In this document: one piece after another, positions 41,728 through 55,781 of the stretch
Layout: each line of letters opens with the position of its first letter
Numbering within the stretch: position 1 is the stretch's first letter
Assembly: GCA_030141605.1 (NCBI GenBank)
Contig: JAQGDQ010001175.1
Location: 1 to 57,448 of the forward strand
DNA from: Tubiluchus corallicola
Taxonomy: Eukaryota > Animalia > Priapulida
Direction of reading: 5' to 3'
Length of the DNA: 57,448 bases
The notes under the pieces: generated by a model
Databases searched by the model: none
Seen by the model: the letters and a program-made list of their open reading frames with translations, nothing else
Told to the model about the DNA's origin: nothing
Program-made: the position numbers and the translations under genes

Positions 41728-43044
41728 TCATTTTCTAAGCAGCGTCACAACTTTTATGCGAAATTTTCCATCATTAATAAATCCGGAAGCAGGGTCCATG
41801 ACGGTTCTAAACTGGACAATATTTCTTGCTTTCCAGAACCGTGTCTCTTGCATATTTATTGCATCCCAGTGCAGTCCCTTTGTATCTTCATTTAGGACAG
41901 TTTTGAGTGACCTTTGTGGATTATTGTTAATCACTTCAATGTAACTGTTCTTACAAATGCTGATGAAAATAGGAGAAGAAAAGGGATCAACTTCTAAATT
42001 CAAGCAACAGCCTTCACCACGGTTATCTCCAGCATTGGAGCAGTCTTCATCATCACATCTGAAAAGCCAAATGTTAATCAGTTCACCATCACCAGTGAAT
42101 GCAATCTTTTCTAATACAGTAAATGCACATCCTATTCCTAATCTATTAATTTTCTCAACATATATAGGGAACATGACTGACACTTCTGCGTAGTTTCTCT
42201 GCGTTTTTGGAAATATTGATTCTGATGCCTCTTTTTGATGGTGATTGATAAAAACATTTGCTTGCTCCTCGGCATTTAATATTCCAGTTGCTACCGGTCC
42301 TTTGATGAATAACTCTGGATCCATTGTGGGAAATCTGATTTGAAACAAGATGTCACATAAGACTGTTCTCTTGTTGAACACATTTTGCTCTAGGTTCTTT
42401 CGCTTACATTCAGCATCAGCCCATCTTAAAACTGCATCAAATAGTTTCCCCTCTTCACTAATTGTCAGTTCATCAAGTTTGACAATACTCAATAAGTTGT
42501 CGTAGCTCAAGGAAGTAAAACTGTCGGACTTTATAACTGCTTCTGTCTCGACACTAATGACCTCCAAACAGTTCATCTCTACATCTTGCCTTTCATAGAA
42601 ACAAGCAGCTGTCAGAATGGTGCAGACGTTGTCGGTTGTGATTTCAGATTTAAGGAGATCAGCAATCAATTTTTCAAGTTCACGAATGTTGTACTTTCTA
42701 GCTAAGTAAATTACCGAAAGAACATTATCACCAGTTAATTCAGCTTGGTCGGTATAAATAAATCTCAAAAGCAGCAGGAACACGTCAGGTTCAACGTCGG
42801 TTATTGGTATGACATCACCAAGTTTATGACACAGCGGCCCAAACAGCATCCTCTTAAAAACGTCACTTCTGAGTGCAAGTAAGTACCGACTAGCGTTGAT
42901 GATGATTTCACCAACTGAAAAAGTTACATCACATAATTCCTGGAAATCTTCGTTACCAAAAACATAATCGTGTCTCTCGTTCCAGTTACCCATCGCATCA
43001 ACCCTTTCAGCTGGAGTTTGCGGCTCGTCTAATGAAGTTGCCAT
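41728..43044 (-). CDS. Intronless BTB-BACK-MATH-like protein, paralog 3 (438 aa)
   Basis: Intact ORF with an in-frame insertion near the C-terminus (GLHWDAINMQETRFW). Confidence 0.9.
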   Translation of the reverse strand: MATSLDEPQTPAERVDAMGNWNERHDYVFGNEDFQELCDVTFSVGEIIINASRYLLALRSDVFKRMLFGPLCHKLGDVIPITDVEPDVFLLLLRFIYTDQAELTGDNVLSVIYLARKYNIRELEKLIADLLKSEITTDNVCTILTAACFYERQDVEMNCLEVISVETEAVIKSDSFTSLSYDNLLSIVKLDELTISEEGKLFDAVLRWADAECKRKNLEQNVFNKRTVLCDILFQIRFPTMDPELFIKGPVATGILNAEEQANVFINHHQKEASESIFPKTQRNYAEVSVMFPIYVEKINRLGIGCAFTVLEKIAFTGDGELINIWLFRCDDEDCSNAGDNRGEGCCLNLEVDPFSSPIFISICKNSYIEVINNNPQRSLKTVLNEDTKGLHWDAINMQETRFWKARNIVQFRTVMDPASGFINDGKFRIKVVTLLRK

Positions 43045-43918
43045 TTCTTTTGCTACTAGAATTTTCTGACCTCTCTGCTGATTGAGAACTTGTATAAATG
43101 GCTGATGTAACTACAGACACGAGATGAAATCATTTAACCTTTGTACTTTTTATCAGTTTTTTGCTCTACAATCATTAAAGGTAAACATACAGTCATAATT
43201 TTATACATCCACGCTGCCTCGCCTTGTACAAACAACTAACTGTACACTCTTTGTTAACTTGGTTTATAAACTTATGACACCGACTAAGAAAAAATCTTCA
43301 CTTTGTCTAATATCATGTGTAACTTAAGCATCTTGTCCCAACTCTATTTGAAATTAGAATAAGTTCAAGTATCTTTCAATGCTAATCAGAACTCTTTTAA
43401 AATTTAATGCAAGAAATGAAAAATAAGAAATTAAAGAGATATATTATTATTAAAATCATTTTATTTTATTCGTGAAACGGGGTTAAACTGGCTGAGGATT
43501 CTACACCTCAAAACAATGTAAACTATGAAAGTTGAAAGGAAAATACTATTTTTTCAAGAACGGCTTAGTGAAAGAATTATTAGTGCAGAGTTGAAATTGC
43601 ATTCGCACCAGAAGTTCTTCGCAGTTAAACCTCTTGCACAAAAAGCGGTGCTGTACCACTTAGTTCAAATGTGTTCAGGTGTGACGTGGTGCACACGTTA
43701 GCTCAGGTGTGAGTTCAGCTGTAAACTTGAATCTTGAATTATAAACTTAAAATTTGTCAAGTTTTCATATGTCATTTTCACACTGAATGATATACAGCAG
43801 CACTGTACTTCAATTTATTCTTTCCATAAAAAAATTATGCCCATTCGTTGTGCCATCCTAGTATTATTACTACTACTTTTATTATTATTATGATTATTAT
43901 TATTATTATTATGATTAA

Positions 43919-44062
<144 letters not shown>

Positions 44063-44959
44063 TATTATTATTATTATTATCACAAAACTTTACAACTATA
44101 TACATAATAATATTAATAAGGTTACTAGAGAACATGGTGGTAATTCAATTCAATAGTTTTTTATTTGTCTGAGTTGCATCACAAAGCTTTACAACTATAT
44201 ACGTAAAACAGCTACGGTTTGCAAATTGTACAAATCAGCCCCGAGGAGAGTAGGAACGTGAGCTTTCGAGTCTCGCCGCTAGATGGCGCCATCACATGCA
44301 TGGTGCAGACTGAAAAATACATACAAAATAGCTCAAAGTTCAAAACAATATTCGGTTACAAAAACAATTGATGATAATAATACAGACAAATGAGATTAGA
44401 GGTATTTAAAAACGTCAATTAGCAGGTATCAAATCAAATATTTGCTTTTTAAAACGCTGTAATTGAATGAGCCTATCGTTATTAATTCATAAAAACATTT
44501 TTTACAATTTTTAGAGAATTCACTAGAACTACCCCAGCAGTATGATGAGTGTGAACAGGTAAAAACATGTGAACTCATGTGACTGCACCTTAAGTTTTCT
44601 TCTGATATCTGGTTGGTTGTAATGAATAACAAAGTTAAAAAAGGTTGAAACTAGAAAGATTTCGCAAACGTTAACTAGGTGGCGCTGGTACTCACACAGA
44701 TTATTTACGTCTAAATCATCAGAAAGATCATTAGAAAGCACGTGACCGAAATACATGTGTTTATTTTTAATAAAATATAATAAAATCATGTAATAAAATA
44801 TATACAATACGTTTTAGACTCATTGAGAGTAAAGGAAAGCTGTGTTAAATAGTGATTTTGATTAAATTGGTGATTAAATTATTAAATTAATGATTCAAGA
44901 TTAAATGCTTGATGATGCAAGATTAAAATATCGTCGTGGATAGAAGTCTAGTTAGGTGT

Positions 44960-45771
<812 letters not shown>

Positions 45772-46409
45772 GATTTCTCTGAAGCGATTTCAATACAGCA
45801 AGTAAAGGAAAGCTGTGTTAAATAGTAATTTTGATTAAATTGGAGATTACATTATTAAATTAATGATTAATTATTAAAATATTGATGATGTAATTCTTAT
45901 GCGCAGAAGCTCACGGCGCATTGGGTAGTTAGACAAAAGTGTTTTGAGCTCCGCACCTCGGGGGGAGATGAGGAACTGACTTGAGGACAGAGGGCTGGCA
46001 TTACTATCCTCTTATATTTACCGTGTTGTGGTTGTTATTTATAAATATATATAAAGTCTTGATAGTTTGCCATGCCCATCGTGGCTCCCTCACTCGCCAC
46101 GCAATAAACAACAATAATCAGCCAGCAGCTTTAACCACAAGAATAAATAAACTTTAACCAATTATTTTACTTTAGGAAAGTCAAAGCTTTATATAATAAA
46201 GGGAAAGTATGCTAAAAATTCAGCGATTGTGATATAATCATTGTGTGGAGTTATATCAAAAAACGTGGCAGGGGGGGTCAGCGATTTGTATACCAGATGT
46301 ATCGTCTGTTTGTAGAAGCCGCAAGTTAACAATCTCGGTTTGTATGGCTTCATAGAGCGTTCAAAAGAAGCCGCTAATATCCTCCTCTTTGCACTAATCG
46401 CATGTGAAT

Positions 46410-47178
46410 CATTACTGGACCTGGAAACGCCCCTTTCTTGTGTGTTCATTACTGGACCTGGAAACGCCCCTTTCACGTGTGCTCACTACTGGACCAGGAA
46501 ACGCCCCTTTCTTGTGTGTTCATTACTGGACCTGGAAACGCCCTTTTCACGTGTACTCATTACTGGACCTGGAAACGCCCCTTTCACGTGTGCTCACTAC
46601 TGGACCAGGAAACGCCCCTTTCTTGTGTGTTCATTACTGGACCTGGAAACGCCCTTTTCACGTGTACTCATTACTGGACCTGGAAACGCCCCTTTCTTGT
46701 GTGCTCACTACTGGACCAGGAAACGCCCCTTTCATGTGTGCTCACTACTGGACCTGGAAACGCCCCTTTCTTGTGTAGTCACTACTGGACCTGGAAACAC
46801 CCCTTGCATGTGTACACCTTACTGGACCTGGAAACGCCCCTTTCACGTGTAGTCATTACTGGACCTGGAAACGCCCCTTTCATGCGTGCTCATTGCAGGA
46901 CTTGGAAACGCCCCTTTCACGTGTACTCACTACTGGACCTGGAAACGCCCCTTTCTTGTGTAGTCACTACTGGACCTGGAAACACCCCTTGCATGTGTAC
47001 ACCTTACTGGACCTGGAAACGCCCCTTTCTTGTGTAGTCATTACTGGACCTGGAAACGCCCCTTTCTTGTGTACTCACTACTGGACCTGGAAACGCCCCT
47101 TTCACGTGTACTCACTACTGGACCTGGAAACGCCCCTTTCTTGTGTACTCACTACTGGACCTGGAAACGCCCCTTTCC
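46410..47178. repeat. 37-bp minisatellite
   Basis: Unit ACTGGACCTGGAAACGCCCCTTTCTTGTGTGTTCATT, ~21 units. Confidence 0.95.
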
Positions 47179-47616
47179 TGTCTGTCCGTCGCTGAAACCA
47201 CGCTCGGACGTCCATCAATCCAGAAAACTATAAACTGTTTCCACCGGGAGCATTCCCGGGAAATGTAGTCGTGACGCAGGGCATCACAGAATCGGGATAA
47301 ACACTATCCCAGCTAAACAGCCTTCCTTGAAATCTTCCTCCAAGTCTGGCCGATCTACACTGCAGTAAGAGAAGCCAGGAAATTTACAGTGAAGACTGAA
47401 CATTAGCTAAGCTTTTGAGCCGTGTTTCCAAATACAACTAATGCCCCCAAGTGGTGGGATAAAAAAGTTCAGCGACCTGGTGACATTCAAACCAGGAAAA
47501 AGAGAGCACTTTGAAGAGAGAAGTGGACTAATTGGGACGACAAAGCAATTATATAACGTTTACCTGTGTCTGTTGAACTAAAAATGACTGTTTCTACCGC
47601 TTTGACAGAGCAGGAT

Positions 47617-47795
47617 GTGACTTTGAACTACAAAAAATCGATATTAGCAACCCAGTTGTGTCAAACCATGCCGTGACTTTGTGCTACAAAAAATCGATAT
47701 TAGCAACCCAGTTGTGTCAAACCATGCCGTGACTTTGTGCTACAAAAAATCGATATTAGCAACCCAGTTGTGTCAAACCGCGCCGTGACTTTGTG
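47617..47795. repeat. 56-bp tandem repeat, 3 units
   Basis: GTGACTTTG...AAAAAATCGATATTAGCAACCCAGTTGTGTCAAACC at 47617, 47673 and 47729. Confidence 0.9.
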
Positions 47796-47954
47796 CCAAG
47801 TTGTGAGACATGAAGTATCATGTGGCTGTAGAGAGTCTAAAATTTGGAGTTTTAAAGCATCGTAACGTTTAAGATTCTGAATGTTCGAAAGTTGTGTTGA
47901 TGGAGCAGAGAAAAGAAAGATTTGAGAGTCAACAATCGAATTATATAGACAGGT

Positions 47955-48199
<245 letters not shown>

Positions 48200-49180
48200 G
48201 TTGGAACTACTAAAAATCGATGGTGCATGCAAAGATGATAAACTTTAGTTGTTGGAACTACTAAAAATCGGTAATGGTGCAGTGATGTTCAACTTTAGTT
48301 GTTGGAACTACTAAAAATCGATGGTGCATGCAAAGATGTTAAACTTTAGTTGTTGGAACTACTAAAAATCGATATTGGTGCAGAGATGGTCAACTTTAGT
48401 TGTTGGAACTACTAAAAATCGATATTGGTGCAGAGATATTCAACTTTAGTTGTTGGAACTACTAAAAATCGATGGTGCATGCAAAGATGTTAAACTTTAG
48501 TTGTTGGAACTACTAAAAATCGATGGTGCATGCAAAGATGTTAAACTTTAGTTGTTGGAACTACTAAAAATCGATAATGGTGCAGAGATGTTAAACTTCA
48601 GATTTTGAACTACTAAAAATCGATAATGGTGCAGAGATGTTAAACTTCAGATTTTGAACTACTAAAAATCGATAATGGTGCAGAGATGTTAGACTTCAGT
48701 TGTTGGAACTACTAAAAATCGATAATGGTGCAGAGATGTTAAACTTTACTTGTTGAAACTACTAAAAATCGATTTTGGTGCAGTGATGTTAAACTTTAGT
48801 TGCTGGAACTACTAAAAATCGATAATGGTGCAGAGATATTAGACTTCAGTTGTTTGAACTGCTAAAAATCGATATTGATGCCGAGTTGTTATCCTTCACT
48901 TGTTTGAACTACTAAAAATCGATATTGATGCCGTGTTTATAGACTTTAGTTGTTTGAACTGCTAAAAATCGATATTGATGCCGTGTTTATAGACTTCAGT
49001 TGTTTGAAATACTAAAAATCGATATTGATGCCGTGTTGATAGACTTTATTTCTTTGACCTACTAAAAATCGATATTGGTATTGTGTTGACAGACTTCAGT
49101 TGTCTGAAGTACCAAAAATCAATATTGGTGAGGAGTTGTTCTAACTACTAAAAATCGATATTGATGCCGTGTTGGTAGAC
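48200..49180. repeat. ~50-bp tandem repeat with gradient divergence
   Basis: Unit GTTGGAACTACTAAAAATCGATA.TGGTGCAGAGATGTTAAACTTTAGTT, ~19 units. Confidence 0.9.
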
Positions 49181-50592
49181 TTACCACCCTAAGAGTTTGT
49201 TTAAAATTATTAAAAGTTCAGCAGTTTAACGTTTTAACTTTGAAAGCTACTAGTGATTATTGAGCTTACAATAAGGAACAGTCTGTAAACACTAAAAGCA
49301 GGAAACTGTAGACGTCTGCGCCATCTACTTGTCAAAATCTAAAGTTTGAAATACATCAGTGAAAAATTCAAAGATGTCTGGAGCGTTTAGTAAGAAGTTT
49401 CAAGATCAAGGGTCAAACAGAAAAAGTTGCGGCCAATCAATGTCGTTCGCAAGGTCATTTGACAACTTCAAGGTCGTCAAAAGGTCAAATTCTAGTCTGT
49501 CTCCACGCACTCTTCAACAGGTAAGATTTTGTTTTGTGATTGTTAAAACTACTGCATTAGTACTAGAACTCAATATTACGACTTAGGCGAACCTAGAGAT
49601 AAAATGGAACTAGTAACGCTGTGGGTTCATTTCTGCTTTCTTCCCACTTGAGTCAGCGTGTTTTGTAATGACAAAATACTTGATTTAATCAACATTTCAA
49701 ATCTGCTGCGTGACCATCTAGTCTGAAAGTCTAGTCTACGAGTCTGAAATTCGTAGCATTTTGGCTTGTTTAAAAGGAAGACAGGATGATGCCCAACTAT
49801 TTATGACATCACAAACTAGCCTAATTTTCAACAAATTCAAAAATGTTCCACGAGCGTGTTGCACGTGTTTGCGAAAGAGAAAATTGAAGTACTGTGTTAC
49901 TGTAAGACATTCAGTGTGTTGTAGTAAAATTAGGCAAGTTTTAAGATAAAAATTCAAATTTCAAATTTACCGCTGTGCTCACGCATGAGCTGTCAATCGT
50001 GTGTACTTCGTCACAAACTAACACATCTGAACCGAGCGGTACGGCACCTGTTTTTGTGCAACGCGTTGCCGAAATGCAGACACTAGTGCCTGTCTAACTA
50101 GCGAATGGCGAAATGTATGTAACAGCGAAGAACTAGTGACATGAACTCGAAATTGTGTTTGCGTAGTGATAATTCTTTAACGTAAGTCACTTTTGAAAAA
50201 ATGGTATGTTTACTTTCAATATTTTAAAGAGTAGTTTGTTTTGACTTACAGTTTAACATTGGGTCCGGTTTTACTTTAAGAAGATACGGGATTTTATTGC
50301 AAAACAAACTGCTATTGTCGGCAAAGTGAAATTATTAATATTTTTCCTGTAATTCCTGTAAATAATAACTGTAATTTAAAATGAGCTATTCAGGAGTGCC
50401 TGAAAAGGGCGTGTTTTCCTTAATTTTACCCAATTAAATCAGTTATAGGTGTATAAACAAATGTTTGAAAGTTATGTTAGTTTGTGATGTCATCAATGGT
50501 TGGGCTCGCCGGCCATTAATTAAGTTTCAATCCGTAATTTAATGATCAGAAACGCTTTTGCTGTACTAATTGTGTTAAAATGTAAACTTTTT
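48915..50592 (+). repeat. Left arm of a large inverted repeat (partner 55782-57448, which extends beyond the window)
   Basis: Identical ORF text at 49359-49586(+) and 56777-57004(-); window end 57448 maps to 48915. Confidence 0.92.
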
Positions 50593-50642
50593 ATTCGACT
50601 TGAAAATGGAGTAGTCTATGAAGCATCATCTTGTTTTCCTTT
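49770..50642. mobile_element. ~870-bp non-autonomous DNA transposon, Kolobok-like
   Basis: TTAA-AAGGAAGACAGGATGATGC ... GCATCATCTTGTTTTCCT-TTAG terminal inverted repeats, subterminal inverted GACATCACAAACTA/TAGTTTGTGATGTC, and multiple relatives in the window. Confidence 0.55.
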
Positions 50643-50644
50643 AG

Positions 50645-50738
50645 AGAAAGAAGAGAGAGAAAGAGAAGTGAGTGAGTGACAGAAAGGGACACGAGATCGA
50701 GAGAGACAGGGAGAAAATGAAAGAGGCATAACACAGAT

Positions 50739-50773
<35 letters not shown>

Positions 50774-50906
50774 AAGAGAGTGAGAGAGAGAGAGAGAAAT
50801 AAAGGGAGAGAGAGAAATTAAGGGAGACAGAGAGAAATAACGGGAGAGAGAGAAATTAAGGGAGAGAGAGAGAAATAAAGGGAGAGAGAGAGAGAAATGT
50901 AAGAGA

Positions 50907-50937
<31 letters not shown>

Positions 50938-50958
50938 GGACAGAGAGAGAGAGTGTGT

Positions 50959-51008
<50 letters not shown>

Positions 51009-51019
51009 AAGAGAGAGAT

Positions 51020-51055
<36 letters not shown>

Positions 51056-51085
51056 AGAGAGAGATGGAGTGAGAGAGAGAGAGCA
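50645..51085. repeat. GA-rich microsatellite
   Basis: Visible directly. Confidence 0.9.
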
Positions 51086-51411
51086 GATTACAAGAACAGG
51101 AAGAAAAGTGAGGATAAATTCGACTTTATGTGACTATATTAGATCTACCGTTCATCTGTATATCGAAAATAATGTTAATAGTAAAAGATTGAAATGCAGA
51201 CTGCATTTGTATGGTTAATGTGGGGGTAGCACAAAGGTGCACAATAAAATTGGGACTGTAAGCTGATTAATGAATTAACCTCTCATAGGTAAAGGAGTAT
51301 TTTATGAAAAATCATGTGGTTTTCCTTTAATTTCTATGATGATAATTTTTTGTTACTATTAGAATTTCATTGTCAGAAAAACATGTTTTTTCACTTTATC
51401 TTAATAAAAAT

Positions 51412-51487
51412 TTTCTTCTTCTTCTTCTTCTCATTCGAGTCTTCTTCTTCTTCTTCTTCTTATTCGAGTCTTCTTCTTCTTCTTCTT

Positions 51488-51518
<31 letters not shown>

Positions 51519-51896
51519 TTCCAGTCTTCTTCTTCTTTTTCTTCTTCTCATTCGAGTCTTCTTCTTCTTCTCATTCGAGTCTTCTTCTTTTTCTTCTTCT
51601 TCTTCTCATTCGAGTCTTCTTCTTCTTCTTATTATTATTATTATTATTCGAGTCTTCTTCTTCTTATTATTATTCCAGTATTCTTCTTCTTTTTCTTCTT
51701 CTCATTCGAGTCTTCTTCTTCTTCTTCTTCTTCTTCTTCTTCTCATTCGAGTCTTCTTCTTCTTCTTCTTCTTATTCGAGTCTTCTTCTTCTTCTTCTTC
51801 TTCTCATTCGAGTCTTCTTCTTCTTCTTCTTATTCGAGTCTTCTTCTTCTTCTTCTTCTTCTTCTCATTCGAGTCTTCTTCTTCTTCTCATTCGAG
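51412..51896. repeat. (TTC)n punctuated by ATTCGAGTC, composite repeat
   Basis: Visible directly. Confidence 0.9.
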
Positions 51897-52202
51897 TACA
51901 ACAACACTGATCGTTTCTCAAACACTGTTTAGGTCACCTAGCACAAGCCAAGCGTGCAAAACTGTTCCGCTTGTTCCAAATACCTGTGTGTTAGTTCGCA
52001 ATCATCGACAGGTAGGCAATCACACAGGTGAACTCAGGTAGGCACACAGGTAAACCGTACCGTGGAAGCTGACACGCTTTTCTCTAACCTGTAGCCGGGA
52101 GCCAAATACTCGAGTTGGGAATTTCTGGTATTTTGTGTCAGAACGCGCGTCGTGGACTCGTGAAACGTTGTAAACAGAATCCAACTTTATTCTGCCTCGT
52201 AC

Positions 52203-52485
52203 TTTTCTAGTAACCAAATTGTTTCTCATCTGTCGAGAAAGGGTTAATACGTGTAGGTAAATTCGTTCTGCAGTCAGTGACAGTGAATTCTTCTGCTTTT
52301 CTAGTAACCAAACTGTTTCTTATCCGTCGAGAAAGGGTTAATACGTGTAGGTAAATTCGTTCTGCAGTCAGTGATAGTGAATTCTGCTGCTTTTCTAATA
52401 AACAAACCGTTTCTTATTCGTCGAGAAAGGGTTAATACGTGCAGGTAAATTCGTTCTGCAGTCAGTGACAGTGAATTCTTCTGCC
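52203..52485. repeat. 94-bp tandem repeat, 3 units
   Basis: GAAAGGGTTAATACGTG at 52237, 52331 and 52425. Confidence 0.9.
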
Positions 52486-52579
52486 ATGTGTGCTGAAGCA
52501 AACGTTATTTCCCTTGTGTGCTGGATATAAAATTTACTGTGAAAGGTGATTGTATGGGCTGGATTTAATTGTGCCAGGA

Positions 52580-53270
52580 TTTGTTTTAATCTTGGCTTTG
52601 AACTTAATGAGAATGTTTGTAGTAACCAGCTGTGAAATACATTTGTAGTTTTCGTAAGTGATAGTAGAGTGATCTACGTTGTGTATCTCTTCAGACTAAT
52701 TCAAACTTTGACATCAAAAAGTTCTTCTGTTTTAATCTTTGCCTTGAACTTAGTGAGAATGTCTCTATAACTGCCTGTGAAATACGTTTGAAGATTTCGT
52801 AAGTGATAGTGAAGTGAACTACATTGTGTGTCTCTTCAAACTAATTCAAACTTGGACGTCAAGAAGTTCTTCTGTTTTAATCTTGGCTTTGAACTTAGAG
52901 AGAATGTCTCTGTACCTGGCTGTGAAATACGTTTGACGTTTCCGTAAGTGATAGTAGAGTGATCTACATTGTGCGTCTCTTCAGAGTAATTCAAACTTTG
53001 ACATCAATCTTAGCTTTGAACATAGAAAGAATGTTATTATAAATGTCTGTGAAATACATTTGTAGTTTTCGTAAGTGATAGTGAAGTGATCTACGTTGTG
53101 CATCTCTTCAGACTAATTCAAACTTTGACATCAAGAAGTTCTTCTGTTTTAATCTTAGCTTTGAACTTAGAGAGATTGTTTTTATAACTGGCTGTGAAAT
53201 ACGTTTTAAGTTTTCGTAAGTGATACTGGAGTGATCTACATTGTGTGTCTTTTCAGACTGATTCAGACAT
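52580..53270. repeat. ~145-bp tandem repeat, 5 units
   Basis: GTAAGTGATA at 52654, 52799, 52944, 53071 and 53216. Confidence 0.9.
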
Positions 53271-53606
53271 CAGAAAACTTCCTCTGCGCGTTTCTGATGC
53301 GCAGACGCATTTTTTCCATTGTCAATTTCGGTTGTCGTTCGTAACAGACGACAAAGCACTCATTTCGACAGAACAGCAAACATCGTTTACTCGAGACGAG
53401 CACTTTGTGCATTTTGGGAAGCATAAATACGTCAGATCCGGTCTGGAATGATGTGAAAATTTACCTACCTACGTTGTTTGAACTCACACTGTTGTTTTAA
53501 CAAGAGGTGGATATTTAAACTGTGTAAATACATCTATGGTTAAACCATAGATCTGGGTAAAATTGAGCGAAGGAAAAAGCAACGACAACATTGTTATTTT
53601 ATTCTT

Positions 53607-53977
53607 GTAGATCATTCACAGTCTTGACCAACGCTTATCAATCAGTTCTGCAGCTGAGAGTAGATCATTCACAGTCTTGCCCAACGCTTATCAATCAGTT
53701 CTACAGCTGAGAGTAGATCATTCACAGTCTTGCCCAACGCTTATAAATCAGTTCTACAGCTGAGAGTAGATCATTCGTAGTCTTGCCCAACGCTTATGCA
53801 TCAGTTCTACAGCTGAGACTAGATCATTCACACTCTTGGTCAACGCTTATAAATCAGTTCTACAGCTGAGAGTAGATCATTTACAATCTTGCCCAACGCT
53901 TATAAATCAGTTCTACAGCTGTGAGTAGATCATTCACAATCTTGCCCAACGCTTATAAATCAGTTCTATAGCTGAGA
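53607..53977. repeat. 53-bp tandem repeat, 7 units
   Basis: Unit GTAGATCATTCACAGTCTTGCCCAACGCTTATAAATCAGTTCTACAGCTGAGA. Confidence 0.95.
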
Positions 53978-54484
53978 ATATTAACATCTTTTGGTTTGAC
54001 CTTTGGATTATGACATATTAGCACCTCGTACTCGTGAAGAAAGAGAGACCATAATAGAACGAATACTTTAAATTTTGTGAGCTAGCCAACGTTTGTAGAC
54101 GAAAGTAAACATTGTTTGGACAGAGAGAATCAAGTTCTATAAGAAACTGAATTTTTTTATAAGTTTTTACGAAGTGGAGTTGTACTAGATATTGTGCTGT
54201 TTTCCATTGTGCGTTCGCTGAAGAATTGTAATAAATATGATGATTTCTCATCGAAGTTTTTCGTACTAACACGCTGGAATATGAGCTGAAGTGTTTTCTT
54301 AAGGTTGTCTGATGTTTCTTTAATCATTTCATCAGCGTCTTCGGTGATTAAGTTAACAAAAGCTTCCATTGTGTGTTTGCGGACGTCACGTTGAAGGACG
54401 TTTTGGAGCAATGGAGCCGTACACGTCTCAGTCACAGGTAAGTAGGAGTTGTCATTCGAGTCTGGCAGATCCATGACAAGGCGG

Positions 54485-55352
<868 letters not shown>

Positions 55353-55594
55353 GAATGATCCTTTAATGTATTTCAGTTTTTGCTTCTCATATTTCAAATT
55401 TGCCATTAATTATTTTCAAATGTGTTAAATTTGTTGCTAGATGTGACAAAAACGCGACATTCGACATTCCATTAGAACAAAAACTCAAGAGATTTGATTT
55501 AATATATTTATTGCAGTCCTGTATAAAATCAAGTCTTCTATGAATCCACATTCGTAGCTGACCTCAAATATAATGTTTTGTGTTTGTTTGAAAA

Positions 55595-55765
55595 TTTGAT
55601 ACACTAATACATCCAATGTCGTCTGCGTATTGCTGATCAATAAAGAATGGTTCATAGGATTCCAGAGCAGGATAGGAGTGATCCAGAATATGTTGAGGAA
55701 GGTTATCACAAACAGTGGTATCGTAATCATGATCATCATTTCGAGGAGTTTGGATCTTAAATGCA
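55595..55765 (-). mobile_element. Non-LTR retrotransposon reverse transcriptase fragment
   Basis: Translation ...LPQHILDHSY...FFIDQQYADDIGCIS contains the RT catalytic motif YADD (55629-55618). Confidence 0.6.
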
Positions 55766-55781
55766 TTTGCTAAGTAGAGAG

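Noticed and set aside
46340-47233. Cys/His-rich ORFs resembling zinc fingers
   Set aside because: Products of a 37-bp minisatellite cycling through frames; no C2H2 spacing.
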